Below, in pieces: positions 1-12,272 of a stretch of DNA of 64,000 nucleotides (the first letter of the stretch is position 1; each line of letters opens with the position of its first letter). The notes beneath the pieces were generated by a model. It searched no databases, was not told where the DNA came from, and saw only the letters and a program-made list of their open reading frames with translations. Source of the stretch: Sphagnum compactum (Eukaryota); the NCBI GenBank assembly GCA_965153455.1, contig OZ234494.1, positions 6,138,001 to 6,202,000 of the forward strand, given 5' to 3'. The translations under genes were made by a program, and so were the position numbers.

Positions 1-707
1 GTTCCTGAGTTGCGTATATAATCTTTACAAACATTTTGAGTGTTTCTGAAAGGTGTGTTGTCTGTCTGTCTGTCACCAGCCCCTTTTCTTTTCTTCTTTT
101 CAAATCAATGGGCAGGAGGAATGGCTGTTTTCTGAAGGGCCAGCCCCTTGAAACAAACTAACTACATACAAAAAAGAAAAAAACTGAATTGAGCCTCACA
201 CTCTTTTTCTATACCCTAGAAGCTTTTCCCATCATCTTCCAAAGAGAGGGCAAACTCTGCTGACTGCACTTTGATCATTTCATTCACTACTCCCAAAGAC
301 ATGACTTTGTTTTTTTCTCGCTTGAGCGCTCACAACTGCCTGTAGAAGACCTAATGGATGTCCTTTCTGTATTTGTACAAGAGACAGTGATCACATCTTC
401 CTCCGCCCCCACCACCACCACCACCACCACCACCCCCACCCTAACCCTAATAACACACCAGATGTTCCCACCTCACAACATGTGCCTCCTTGTCGTTACT
501 GTAATGCATTGGACATATTTCTAGATGTGTGCTTTGTAAGTAAGCAGGGAGTTGCTAATCAAGATTTGTTCATTGTTGTGGCTTTGAACTCTGTGTGTAC
601 CTGTCTCTCTACCACCCAAGCAAAATGTTTCTCACTTACAGTACATCCCCAGGCAGGCAGGCAGGCAGGCAGGCACGATTACTTTTTGTTTTGCCCCTTT
701 TAAAATC

Positions 708-3007
708 CTAGTCTCGGGGTCGTGCTGACCACAGGGAGCTGAGTGCTCGCAAGCGGGCAAAGTAATCACCCATTGCAAGAAGGCCTCTTGCTGCTTGACG
801 GGTTGTCAAGATACGATGCATTTGCTGCAACGTCTGTTGCCGCAAATTATCTGCCTGCCAGCCATGCCATGCCCCCCCCAACATCAACGGATTTGTTTTA
901 TGAAAAACAGATAGTCTACAGAATCGAGTTCTTATGCAGTCAAGTAGTAGAGCATATCTAAAACTCAGATAATAAAGGAGGATTCTTATCAGGAGAACAA
1001 TGCAAAATTATTACATACATACCTGGCGCACAAAAGACTCAAGTGTGCCCAATTTCCCCATTGCCATGGCCATCTGACCCATGTAATTTGCAACATTGGG
1101 TGAAGAGACCAATAAGCCACCCATAACCGTATCTGCAAGGGATTGCTGTAAAGCTTCCATTCCTTGTGAAAGTGCATCCTCGGCTTGCTGGGATGACTGT
1201 TGCAAGTTACAGATTCCAAGTAGCTGTTGCTCTGTCAATGGCTCAATTTGTGGTATTAGAATCTGCACACTCCCCCAACAACCCAAGACCCAGTGGTATC
1301 TCAAAAAACCTTCTTCCACTCTGATGAACAATTAACTACTGGGCCCTGCATCTCTACCATCAGGTAAAAAAGGTGAGACAATTTCAGAACAGGAAAAATG
1401 AATTAAGTAAACTGTGCTCTTAAATCAGCAGCAGCCATTGGACTGGTATGTGGATTATTGTATTCCACCTTGAGGAGTTCAGAAGGTCGAAAACCACCCA
1501 TCCACATAAAGCAGCGCTCAGCTGGTGTTTTCCACATTCCTGACACAAGGTGGAAGACATCTGCTTTAGCAGCAACAGCTTTTAGGCGGAAAATATCATC
1601 ATAGTGCGCCATTCCCCCATCAACAAGCAAGCGTAACTCATTGTCAGCCACGTGCGCTTGCAACGCTGCCCGTAGCTCACACATCTGCCGATGCTGCTCT
1701 TCCACCCACCTTCCATATTCCATGTCGAAAGCCACTGCCCCTGAGATCACATAAATCGTGCACCAAATTTAAAATTAAAATCAAAAAAATCTGAGGTTCC
1801 ATGCATACTTAAGGAATTTATGGTATTCAAAGTACCTCTCGACCCGTATTCAAAATCCATACATACTAGAGCAATGTACGGTATTCAAGTCCTGACATCC
1901 TAACTCATGAATCTCACAAAACCCCATGAAGGTGGCAACTGGAAGGAACCTGGATTCAACGCAGTAGTCACACCATTTGCACCACTGGAATGAAGATTCT
2001 GGTCATTCCCATACCCACCACCACCACCACCCATGTAAAGACCCTGGACCCAACAGAATCTCTACCCTCTCTCTCAGGGTGCATACACTGACAAGAAAAA
2101 CTTGTGGAAACTAAATCACAGCAGCCACTGTGAAGACTCGTTACTAACTACAGGAATGCAAACGATTGTCGTCAGGAGAAAACAGAAGAAATAAACTCAC
2201 TTGTTGCCGAGCTCTTTGAAGCTCCTGCTCAATTTGGTTCAACTTGATTCTGCTCGATTCAAGTTGTTGTACATATGCCTAGCTCAACCAACAACGCAGG
2301 GTCGTCAATCCCCCCCAGAGACTTGTCCAGAGATATTATCTATCGTACACTAAAAAAAATGGTGGCTGTCAGTAATGCACAAAACAACAAAATGCACTTT
2401 GTCTTCTTCTGGGAATACACAAGATTGAAACCCACCTTCTTTCGGAGCCTGCTTTTACGTGCAGCCTCTCGGTTTTGAGCAAGTCGCCTGAGAGTCTGCA
2501 ACACACCAAAAGATACAGAACACTTCTCAGCCAATTAGAAATGGCTTCAAGGCTGCTGTGCTCAAACTGCATCATGTAAACAAGAACGTTTGCCGGAGAG
2601 TTTCCTGCCAACGACACTGAACATTTCATGACAAGGTCGCAACGAGAGGAATAGAACTGTTTCTTTTTTTTCTTTGTTTTTTTATCACCAACCTTGGAAT
2701 CACCATTCTTTGTTGTTGCTTCGTGGTCAGACATGGTCGAAACTCCAGTTGCACCACCATGATGATGCCCATCATCTAGCTGCACACAACCAGTTCAAAC
2801 AGGATTGATACAATCAAAAGAAAGGAAAAAGACTTCATGATGGGTTGGTGACTAAGAAGAACATGACATCATGATGCTCATCAACTCCAGAAGGGAAGGA
2901 AAAAACAAAAGGATAGAGAGAACTTCTTGTATTATTACCCAGTTGTCTACCTTCGCATCAGCCTCCAAGTCAGTAGAAGTATCTGTCCTAGGACTGTTGT
3001 CCGCCAT
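708..3007 (-). CDS. TGA: TGA-family (group D) bZIP transcription factor with DOG1-type C-terminal domain; 8 coding exons
   Basis: GT-AG exons 3007-2951, 2779-2693, 2495-2436, 2278-2201, 2043-1950, 1740-1469, 1262-1023 and 854-708 join in frame. The product reads MADNSPRTDTSTD...TLRRLAQNREAARKSRLRKKAYVQQLESSRIKLNQIEQELQRARQQG...FDMEYGRWVEEQ...SGMWKTPAERCFMWMGGFRPSELLK...ADNLRQQTLQQMHRILTTRQAAR...RLRALSSLWSARPRD*. The true N-terminus may extend further upstream through extra exons. Confidence 0.95.
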
Positions 3008-4151
3008 CTGGGAATTCCACCTTGCGACTCCTCGGAATCAATTGGGGTTGTGATGACCCAACCACTTTTTGGATCAACAATGTGTAGTGTTAAAGATTGA
3101 GAAGTGTAAAGCTTGCTCCTAACTGCGTTATCGTTGTCACTTGCAATGGCTGGAGAAAAATCATAGTGTTGTTGCTGCTGCAGTTGTTGCTGTCACAAGC
3201 AAGATTACTGAAAAAAAATCAAAATCAAAATCTCAGTTGAGACACATACTATGATTGTGTCATTGTCAGAGATGATAAATTATTCTCTCAGCTTGATGAT
3301 CACTGTAGCTCACCATCATCACCAATTTGTACACAAAATGCCTGAGTTTGACAACAATGTAGGTTGCAGCCTTATATTGCATGGATTGAAGAGAGGAGGA
3401 TAAAGACGAGCTTAAAACTGCATTCAAACCAATACCCAAATCATCTGCAGATACCTAGAATCCATAAATTGCAGAAACCGAACTAATTCCACTCTCTACA
3501 AGGGGAAGGGGGGGGGGGAGTGGGGAAACAAATGTGGTGGTGGCAGCTAAATCTTTACACTAAAGATCTACTGCACTCAATACTCTATTGCTTGCTGCGA
3601 AGTAAAATCTGGCCAGCAACAGAGAATCCAACTGCAAATTGGGTACCTGTTTTCTCTCCTCCTAACAAAAACGAATGGATAGTGAGAATCCTGCATCCAT
3701 GCTCACAATTTGAGTCAAGCTCAAAAGATGAGATCATGACGGCTGGGCTTTCAATGGGTACTAAGAAGGGTTCCTGAGATTTCAACCAGGAGACAGACCA
3801 GTTGTAAAAGCACTTCTACCACCACACAGAAAAGGGGGTTTAGAGACTCATGGGTGGGGTGGGTAGATAAAGGAAGAAGCTGATGGGAGCAAAAATCCAG
3901 AGATAGATGCCATGCAGCAGCTCAAATCCAGCACCAGCAGCAGATGAGGTTGATTCCTTACTGCCAAGAGGAAGAACAGGTGCCCCCAAACCAGCTTCTT
4001 TTTTGAAGAAGCAAACAAAGCAAAAGAGCCACTGGGGAGATATTGGGCAGTGGGTGGGGGGAGGAGGGGAGCATTCAAGCAGCATAGTCTAAGGAAGAAG
4101 ACAACAGAGGGTAATAAGAAGAAGAAATCTTAAGGTGAGAGGCAAGGGATG

Positions 4152-4153
<2 letters not shown>

Positions 4154-4227
<74 letters not shown>
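4154..4227. repeat. (CT)n/(GA)n microsatellite in the TGA 5' leader intron
   Basis: About 37 CT units; a GT donor on the minus strand (CCAAG|GTGAGA) lies at 4229. Confidence 0.95.
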
Positions 4228-4230
<3 letters not shown>

Positions 4231-5105
4231 TTGGTGTTGTTTTCTTGGTAATGGCCTCCCTTGCAGAGCTTGCTCACATTTGCAAATGGGTTGGCTGCTC
4301 ATCAACAAGTTATCTCCTTGTGGGGGTCATGACGACAAGCAGGGACTAGTAAGCCAAAACCCACCACCGAAAACAAAACCACACCTCCTCAACTCAAAGC
4401 AAGCTCCTTCACTCACCAAGGCCGGCCGGCCGGCCGGCTGGCTGCTTCTTCACAATCTCCTCCCCTGTGGAGAGCAACCTAGCGTGGAGTTGAATGCATA
4501 TCTATCATCCCTTCTCGAGCCACCAGGATCTGTCCTGCGTGTAGTAGAGAGCTCAGCAAAGCAATCCACCGTACTCATGGTCCTCCTTAGTCTTCTCACT
4601 TACTTTCTTTCTTTTTCTTCTTCTTCTTCTTCTCCTCTTCTCTTCTCTTCTCTTCTCTTCTCTCTCTCACCCACCACCTCCTTGCATTTTTTTTCTTTTC
4701 TCTAGCAGGCAACCAAATGAAGAAACAACAAAACAAAACAAAAAAACAAAACCACCCCCTAAGCTCCAACCAACAAACAACCACCCACAACCCACAACGC
4801 ACAGACAACAACAGCAAAGAGAGCTTGATGATGAGAGTTGTTGCCAACCAAGCAACAAAGAGACTTGGTTAGACCCAAATCCCCACACACAAAATCAAAC
4901 CAAACCAAACCCCACTCCCCAAACAAATTTGCTCTTTTGGGTCCAAATTTTGCATTGACTGGAAGATGAGGAGGAGGAGGAGGAGGAGGAAGAGAAGGAG
5001 GGTGTGTGTGTGCGGGTGGGGGGGGAGGGACTTGGAGGTGGTACCTAGTACCTAGCCTAGTACCTAGTACCTAGTGATAGGGGAGTAGGGGAACAAGGTG
5101 TGTAC

Positions 5106-5118
5106 CACGTGACGTGTC
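5106..5118. promoter_or_regulatory. Overlapping G-box / TGACG / ABRE-like bZIP sites upstream of the TGA gene
   Basis: CACGTGACGTGTC contains CACGTG (5106-5111), TGACGT (5110-5115) and ACGTGTC (5112-5118). It lies just upstream of the pyrimidine-rich putative transcription-start region. Confidence 0.5.
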
Positions 5119-5459
5119 TGCCCTAAACTGCCGTACATTTCTCACGAGATTTTTGGCAGGGTGATGAGTAGCACCCTTTTTTTTTCTTTTAAAAAAATAT
5201 ATATATTTAATTAATTATTTTACTTAATTAATTAGCCTTTTTAAAATAATTTATTAAGTTTAATATTAAATTCTTCAACTGGTGAAATTTCGCCAAAAAC
5301 AAGAGAAATTCAAAACTCAAAATTCAAACATGAAGTGAATTTTTTTGCAGGTTTTTGAATCGCCAGAAACTGAGGAAAGAAAAAGGCCCCCAAAAAAAAT
5401 ACCTGCCATATTTGTATAATTGTGGGTTTTCCAGTGTTTTTTTTAGCCAGAATATATAT

Positions 5460-6500
5460 ATATATTAAAAAGAAGATGATTAAGGATTTTTGTACTTCAT
5501 ATCTGGTCTATAGCCAGATTTGGGCTACAAGCTAAAATACAAAAGAAATTTTCTTTTATTTTTTAAAAACATCCTTCTATAATTTTTGGCTACCCTAACC
5601 TTGAAAACCATGTTATAAAAATCTAGCGATTTTTTCATAATTTTTGGGAGAATTATGGCTATTGAACAAAATCTTTAAAAGCACTTATTTTAGCACTATT
5701 CATTTTTATTTTTTTCAGGTTTCTGGATATATATATATATTTATATTTATATTTATTTATTTTTTAATTCTAAAAAGTTGACCAGGTAGGCCTACCCTAC
5801 TACACAGGGTCAGCAGCAGTCACCTTGTAGCTACTAGCTATGTCGACATATTTTAATTTGGCAACCACATTAATAGCCATAAAATAGAATATTTTGGCAA
5901 TTGTTGTTGTTTTGGGTTTAGGACAATGTAACCAAATTTGGCTAAAATATAAATATGGAAAATAAACATTTTAAAACATTCTTCTATATTTTTGTTACCC
6001 CTAACTTGAACCATGTTATAGAAATCTGGAGATTTTTTCCTTAAATTTTGGTCGAATTATGGCTATTGAAAATCCCAAAAAAAACACTTGATTTTAGCAC
6101 TTTTATTTTATTTTTGGCTATATATAATTGTCAGATTTCTATAACAAGGTTCAAGCAAGGGGTATCCAAAATATAGAAGGATGTTTTAAAATGTTTTTTA
6201 CTTTCATATTTTTCCTTGCAGCCAAATATGGCTAAATCTTCCTACGAATGATGCCCACATTGGCTACATCACAAAATGGACAGAAAAAACATTGTGACGA
6301 TCTACAGCCAAAAAAAGGTGAAATTAAAAATGAAAAGAACTAAAATCAAGTGTTTTTTTTTGAAAAAGACTTTCAATAGCCTAAAAAAGCACCCAATTTT
6401 AAGGAAAAAAATCGCCATATTTCCATAACATGGTTCAAGTAAGGTAGCCAAAAATATAGAAGGATGTTTTAGAATGTTTACTTTCATATCTAGCTTGGAG
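5460..6500. repeat. Cluster of direct and inverted copies of an AT-rich dispersed repeat (MITE-like family)
   Basis: Motifs such as aaacatccttctatattttggctacc..cttgaaccatgttatagaaatctgg occur at about 5570 and 5975 and in reverse orientation at about 6131-6200 and 6410-6480. Related copies lie at about 20140, 25380, 31510-31625 and 40720-40845. Confidence 0.7.
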
Positions 6501-7023
6501 CCAAACTTGGCTACATCTTCTCTTATGGATGATCACCATTTTGGCTACATCATAAAATTGCCAAACTTGGCTAAATCTTCTTATGGATGATCACCATTTT
6601 CGCTACATCATAAAATTGCCAAACTTGGCTAAATCTTCTTATGGATGATCACCATTTTCGCTACATCATAAAATTGCCAAACTTGGCTAAATCTTCTTAT
6701 GGATGATTCTCATTTTCGCTACATCATAAAATTGCCGAACTTGGCTAAATCTTCTTATGGATGATTCCCATTTTCGCTACATCATAAAATTGCCGAACTT
6801 GGCTAAATCTTCTTATGGATGATTCCCATTTTCGCTACATCATAAAATTGCCGAACTTGGCTAAATCTTCTTATGGATGATGACCATTTTGGCTACATCA
6901 TAAAATTGCCAAACTTGGCTAAATCTTCTTATGGATGATTACCATTTTCGCTACATCATAAAATTGCCAAACTTGGCTAAATCTTCTTATGGATGATTAC
7001 CATTTTGGCTACATCATAAAATT
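6500..7023. repeat. 58-bp minisatellite, 9 copies
   Basis: Unit gccaaacttggctaaatcttcttatggatgatcaccattttcgctacatcataaaatt repeated head to tail with few substitutions. Confidence 0.95.
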
Positions 7024-9272
7024 GGGGAAAAAGTACTGACTAGAGTCAGGTGGTGGTCTTACTCTAGTCCAGACCACCTAACTCTAGTCCTGGACTGGGC
7101 TTCAAAGAATCCCCCAATCTCTTCTTCTTTGGCCCTAACTTGTTTAACTTACTCTTTTCTGGTGTCAAATCCAACTACAAAATATTCCCTCATTATTATT
7201 AGTACTAAGTACTTAGTACTAAGCACTAGGTACTAGTGTTCTTCATTCTTTCTTTTTTTTCTTTTTTTTCTCAAATAAATAATTTGGCGAATCCTTTACC
7301 CAAGTTTAGCCAAAGTAGTCAAATTTGTTGCACTAGAATAACCCCAAAAGTTTTCAATTTCTTTTTCTTTTTCTTTTTTTTGAAAAATTCATAAATTTTT
7401 TGGGTTTGGGAAAGGAGGAGATGGGAAAGGGGAGTGAGAAAAAACCAGTGATTAACTACTACCCACTTAAACTCACCTATGGTTTAGCCTATGGCCAACT
7501 GCCCAAAGGCTAACTATACCCACCATACTACCTACTTAAACCCAATCAGGGGGGAAAATCAAAATATAATTAATTAATTAATTAGCACATTAATGCATTT
7601 TTTGATACATTAATTATATTTAATTATATAATGTTACAGCTTTTAATACACCCCAATTTGGTGAGATCTTCCTATGGTTCATCGGCACTTTAATTGAATA
7701 AAAATACATTGCTTCATACATGGACCTTTAAACCCTAAAAACTATTGGTTTTGGTTCTTACTAAAGTTTTAAAGAACCAATTTGGTTCTTGAACAAAAAC
7801 AATTTATTTTCAAATTTTCATACTCATCCCAATTTTCAAAATGTTCCTTATTTTGTTAAAAGAACTATTGATTTTTCTTTAAACCCAATTTTCTTAAACT
7901 CATTGAGATTTGACCCCAAGACTTTTGAGAAGGAGATTAATGTTTTAAATCACAAAGCCATAGCTTCTCATATGTAATGATAAATGGCTATTGTTTTATT
8001 AAAAATTGATTTACATCAATGGCTTGAAAGTTAAAACCAATGGTACATAGAGATTTTAAATAAAAAGATTCACTAATTTTGCCATGAAGGATTGTTGCTT
8101 AATGATAAAAGACATTTCTTGGAACCAAAGAGGTTTTGAGTTCAAATTTTGCTACTTAAACATTTGCATGCTCTCTAATAGTTTGAGAGTTGGACATGAA
8201 GTTCTCTTATAACCTCCGTGAGCATCAAATTGAAACCATGTGATACCTTAAGAATTTTTTAAACAAACAATTATCACCTAATGTGACAACCTTCGATTTT
8301 TAATGTGAGGAGGACCAACTTGAGAATCAACTTGAAAATTGGCCCCAAAGTGATACCCGTATAACCTTTTGATATTACCTTCATTAATATTATTGTGAAA
8401 ATAGGTTTCCGTTTCAAACAATATCACAATAATTAAAAATTTACCAAATCTTTACACTAAATAAAGACCTCAACAAAACAATTATGTTTTGAGTTTAGGC
8501 CTTAACACATGCTTATGGTTTACAACGTGGCCATCCTTCCTTTCTTTTATTTGTTTTCTTGTAGTTTTCTCCACTAATTTTCAAACCAAGACATGATTCC
8601 TCTATCCTTCAATCATGGGACTTTGTCATTGTGTTTATACAAAACCGATTGACTTAAAGGGTGTCCACCTTCTATGATTCATTCATGGTATTGATTTATA
8701 TACATGGATGCATGATATAATGTGATATGTCTTTGCATACATTGTTCATGAAATTGATTTGCACGTAATATATGAACAATTGCATGCACTCCCTTCAACC
8801 GCACTTCATTCTTTTCATTAACAAGTTAAACATTGTCTTTTCCAAATATGAAGTTTGCACTTAAATCTCCTCAATGTATCTATGAGCGTGAACAAAAAGA
8901 ATGAAATTTAATCACAATTGTCATTTGTAATATTAGATTTTCCTTTGGCAATAAACTTATGTGTTGTTTTGCATAAACAAGTAGATTTTGTTTTATTGAT
9001 TGTGTCAAAAAAAGTGGAGGGGTATGAAAGGTCCAAAAGAAAACCCAATTTTCAATCTTGGTCACTTTCTTTCATCAATGAATTTTGATTACACTTTCAA
9101 AGGTGCAAGCATCCTTCTCTTAAACCAAGCAAAAGCAATGATGTCCATTATGTCTTAACTACCAACCCTTGTGAACGCACCTCCCATTGCTACCACTATT
9201 TTATTACATGTTGGTGGTTGAACATTGGTTTATAATCTTTGAGTTTTGTAATCTATTATACGTTTTCATATT

Positions 9273-10310
9273 TCATTTTCTATATATTTTTTGAACCTTT
9301 TGAAGATGCTCAAGACTCAATCCTATGGGGCTAGGAAATAAACCCTTTTTTTTTTTGTTGAAATTGTTGATGATAAAATAATGGGCTCTTCCATTTGATC
9401 TAATCTTTAGAGGTCCACATATGCCATTATAAATCAAGTCTAGAATCCCAAAGACTTGCATTGCTTTGGATTTGGGAAACTTCTTTCTGGTTTGCTTGCC
9501 TTTTAGATAAACTGTGTAGGTGTATTGCAAATTAGGAAGCTTGGGTATTTTGAGAGCATGTTCTTTCTAAGTGAAAGCATGGAGGGTGTTGAAATTTAGG
9601 TGACCAAATCTCCTATGCCCTAAAATAGTTTTTTGAATCATTTGATCTTGACGTGTCTTTTGGTCTTTAACTATGAGATTTATTTATGAAAAGTTCATAA
9701 TCTTAACCTATAATTTGTAGAGATTTTTGTGTTTGATCCTTCTTCCTTTAGTGCAGTTTCTTTCTAGTTTTTGTTAACATAATCGAACAACTAGTGGAAA
9801 AAAAATTAAGACATATTCAACATCAACAATAGCTCCTACATATATGAGGTTTTTCTTGAGGCTAGGAACATACAAAATGTATTTAATACACTTTATTTTT
9901 CCATTTTGTGCTTTTACCAAAATAGTCCTTTTCCTTCAATATGATGATTTTTCCCCCAACTATGGTGATTTAAACATTGTTTGTGTTTTGGGTATAGGAT
10001 ATGAACAAACTCCTATTTTAGGTCACATGTTTAGTAGTTCCTAAGTAAAAAAACTACGTTAGTTTCCCTTTTTTATCTTTGTTAGGTGAGTTTCCAACCT
10101 AATTTTATACTAATGTCTTCTTTAAAACTAAGTTTTGTCTTTGTGTCATCATCGATATCAGTTTGATTTAATGCAATTGATTTGAAGTTTGTTTGACAAG
10201 CTTTGCAATTTGATGTCAAGGTTTTGAATTTTGCGAACAATTTTTCAATCTTCGTAATCATTTTCCTAATGACCTTTTGCACCACAATAGTGGTAATTTC
10301 CTTTTTTCCT
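9273..10310 (-). mobile_element. Degenerate Ty1/copia retrotransposon fragment (zinc knuckle, protease, pre-integrase, integrase start)
   Basis: Minus-strand remnants occur in copia order: KGNYHYCGAKGH*ENDY (decayed CCHC knuckle, about 10255-10305), LGTTKHVT (protease DSGAxxH region, about 10030), LYVPSLKKNLI (about 9850-9880), GHRRFGHLNF (about 9600) and GKQTRKKFPKS...LDLIYNGICGPL...GRAHYFI (integrase start). Many stops and frameshifts. Confidence 0.75.
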
Positions 10311-12251
10311 TTTTAATTTTTCTTTGGTCTAATTTGTTTTTTTAGTAATGTTGTCATGACTTCTTGTGTTGGTGTTTCTTCATTAGTTTTTAACTTCTTT
10401 CAAAAAGGTCAACTCTTGCTTTCTTGGTTTGAAACCTATGCCTTTGAAGGTCCTTTGAATTCATAAAATTTAAATGATTTTTGTTGACAAAAAAAGCCTC
10501 CTCATTTACTTCTCCTTCCATTTTGATATGCAGTTCCTCATTTAGGAATTTTCCTTTAGGAGTTTTGATTCTATTTCCTCAAAATCGAGCAGAGCTTGTT
10601 TCAATCATGTTAGAATTTATGAAAATTTTAAGTTTTGGGGTTAGAAAAAGGAAAGAACATTATATTAAAAAGTTAATTTTTAAAAAAAAACCATTAGCCT
10701 AGTTTCCAATTGCTTGGTAAGAAGTAGAACACATTTGCACATAAACAATTATCATTATTTAATTTCCTTAGTAAGAGTTTGACACCAAAAACATGACACT
10801 ACAAGCTAGAAAGATTTTTTAACTCCAATATTTTTTACATGTTTATATATCCGTTCTAGTATATATTGGATGTAAAATTAATCAAACATTCCCATTTCAT
10901 TAAAAAAGTTGTGTTTACATGGGGTTACCATAGGACAAAGGAAAAGAATAGAAATGACATATGTTTTCATGTTCCAGATTCTTGTATTGTTACTTTGATT
11001 GAAAATTCAAAACTAAAAGCTCTTCTTGTGGATATTTTCCTTACTTTTGCAATGCTTATTATAAAAGGTTTGAAAACTCATAAATTTGTGACAAATAAAA
11101 CAAACTCCTATATGAAGTGATTTTGATGAACAAAATTTGATATAAAATGGTTTTGGGTTAACACATAATTAACATACATGAATTGACACATACTCGAGCC
11201 ACAAAGACCACAATCCTTGAGTTGTGTTAACCACTTAATCTCATTGAGTTTGAAACACCAAATAAGTGCATTCTAGTTAACTATGACGGAATCCAACAAA
11301 CCCCATCATCAATTGTCAAAGTATTTGAATTTCCTAAATTAGTCCTAAATTTGTTGTGTGCAAAAACACACCACATTTGTTAGACCAAATAGAAAGTGGG
11401 AGGTTGTTTATGACATGCATGCATACATCCATCCTTTCCAACATGTGCAAATCCTTTCCATCCATAGCCTACCCGCTCGCTATTACATAATGGTTTTTTC
11501 ATTTGGCATTTTCTCCCTCTTTATAGTCCTCTAGAAGGGCATAATGGACTAATGTTCAAAATCTACATACCCATTGTGCCAATTATAATAATACCATTAT
11601 GTTACGGAATGTTGTGGGTGCATGCCATTTGTGCCCTATTTTGTTGCCCGTTCAGAAATTTTGGCTCACCCACGCTAACGGGGTTGCCCAAATTCCTCAC
11701 AAGCACACACTCACTAGGGACAATGGCCTTTGTACCCAGCATGTTCCGTAATTACGTAAAGAATTTGAGGGCAGATTCTGCTAATTTTCAGTCATCTTAA
11801 ATTGCAAATTTCAACCTTGTAAAGAGGAACTGCTAATTACGAGGGGACACGCTTTCGACAGAACTAAAGTGGTATTTTTATAGCAGATTCTGCCCCCTAA
11901 AATGCCTTGTGGCCTTGCCATTTTACATTTTAAAAAAGTATCTTTTAAGGCGAAAGAAGAATTATGGAAATTCAAATATATTTCACCATGCAAAAATAAT
12001 ATAATCTTCAAAAAAAAAATCCTCTAAAAAAAAGAAAACCAAAAATCCTTCAAGATATCATAACTCTATAAGTTTCAACACAAGCCAAAATTATTTTTTA
12101 AAAAAATCCTCAATATAAAAAAAATAGACCTAATAACTAGGTGCCAAAATACCTTAAAGCTACTATAACTCTATAATGAATCTAAACACAACATCCTGGT
12201 TGGTAGGTACGAGTTTTTTACTAAAAAAACAAGTACCTACTACCCAGTAGG

Positions 12252-12272
12252 TTTAGGGTTTAGGGTTTAGGG
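12252..12272. repeat. Interstitial plant telomeric repeat (TTTAGGG)x3
   Basis: tttagggtttagggtttaggg followed by a degenerate tctagg. Confidence 0.8.

Noticed and set aside
4075..4888. ORFs with ERERER, SLSLSL or poly-K/S tracts
   Set aside because: They are translations of microsatellites in the TGA leader and introns.
6500..7023. Possible CRISPR array
   Set aside because: The 58-bp units are head to tail with no unique spacers and derive from a dispersed repeat.
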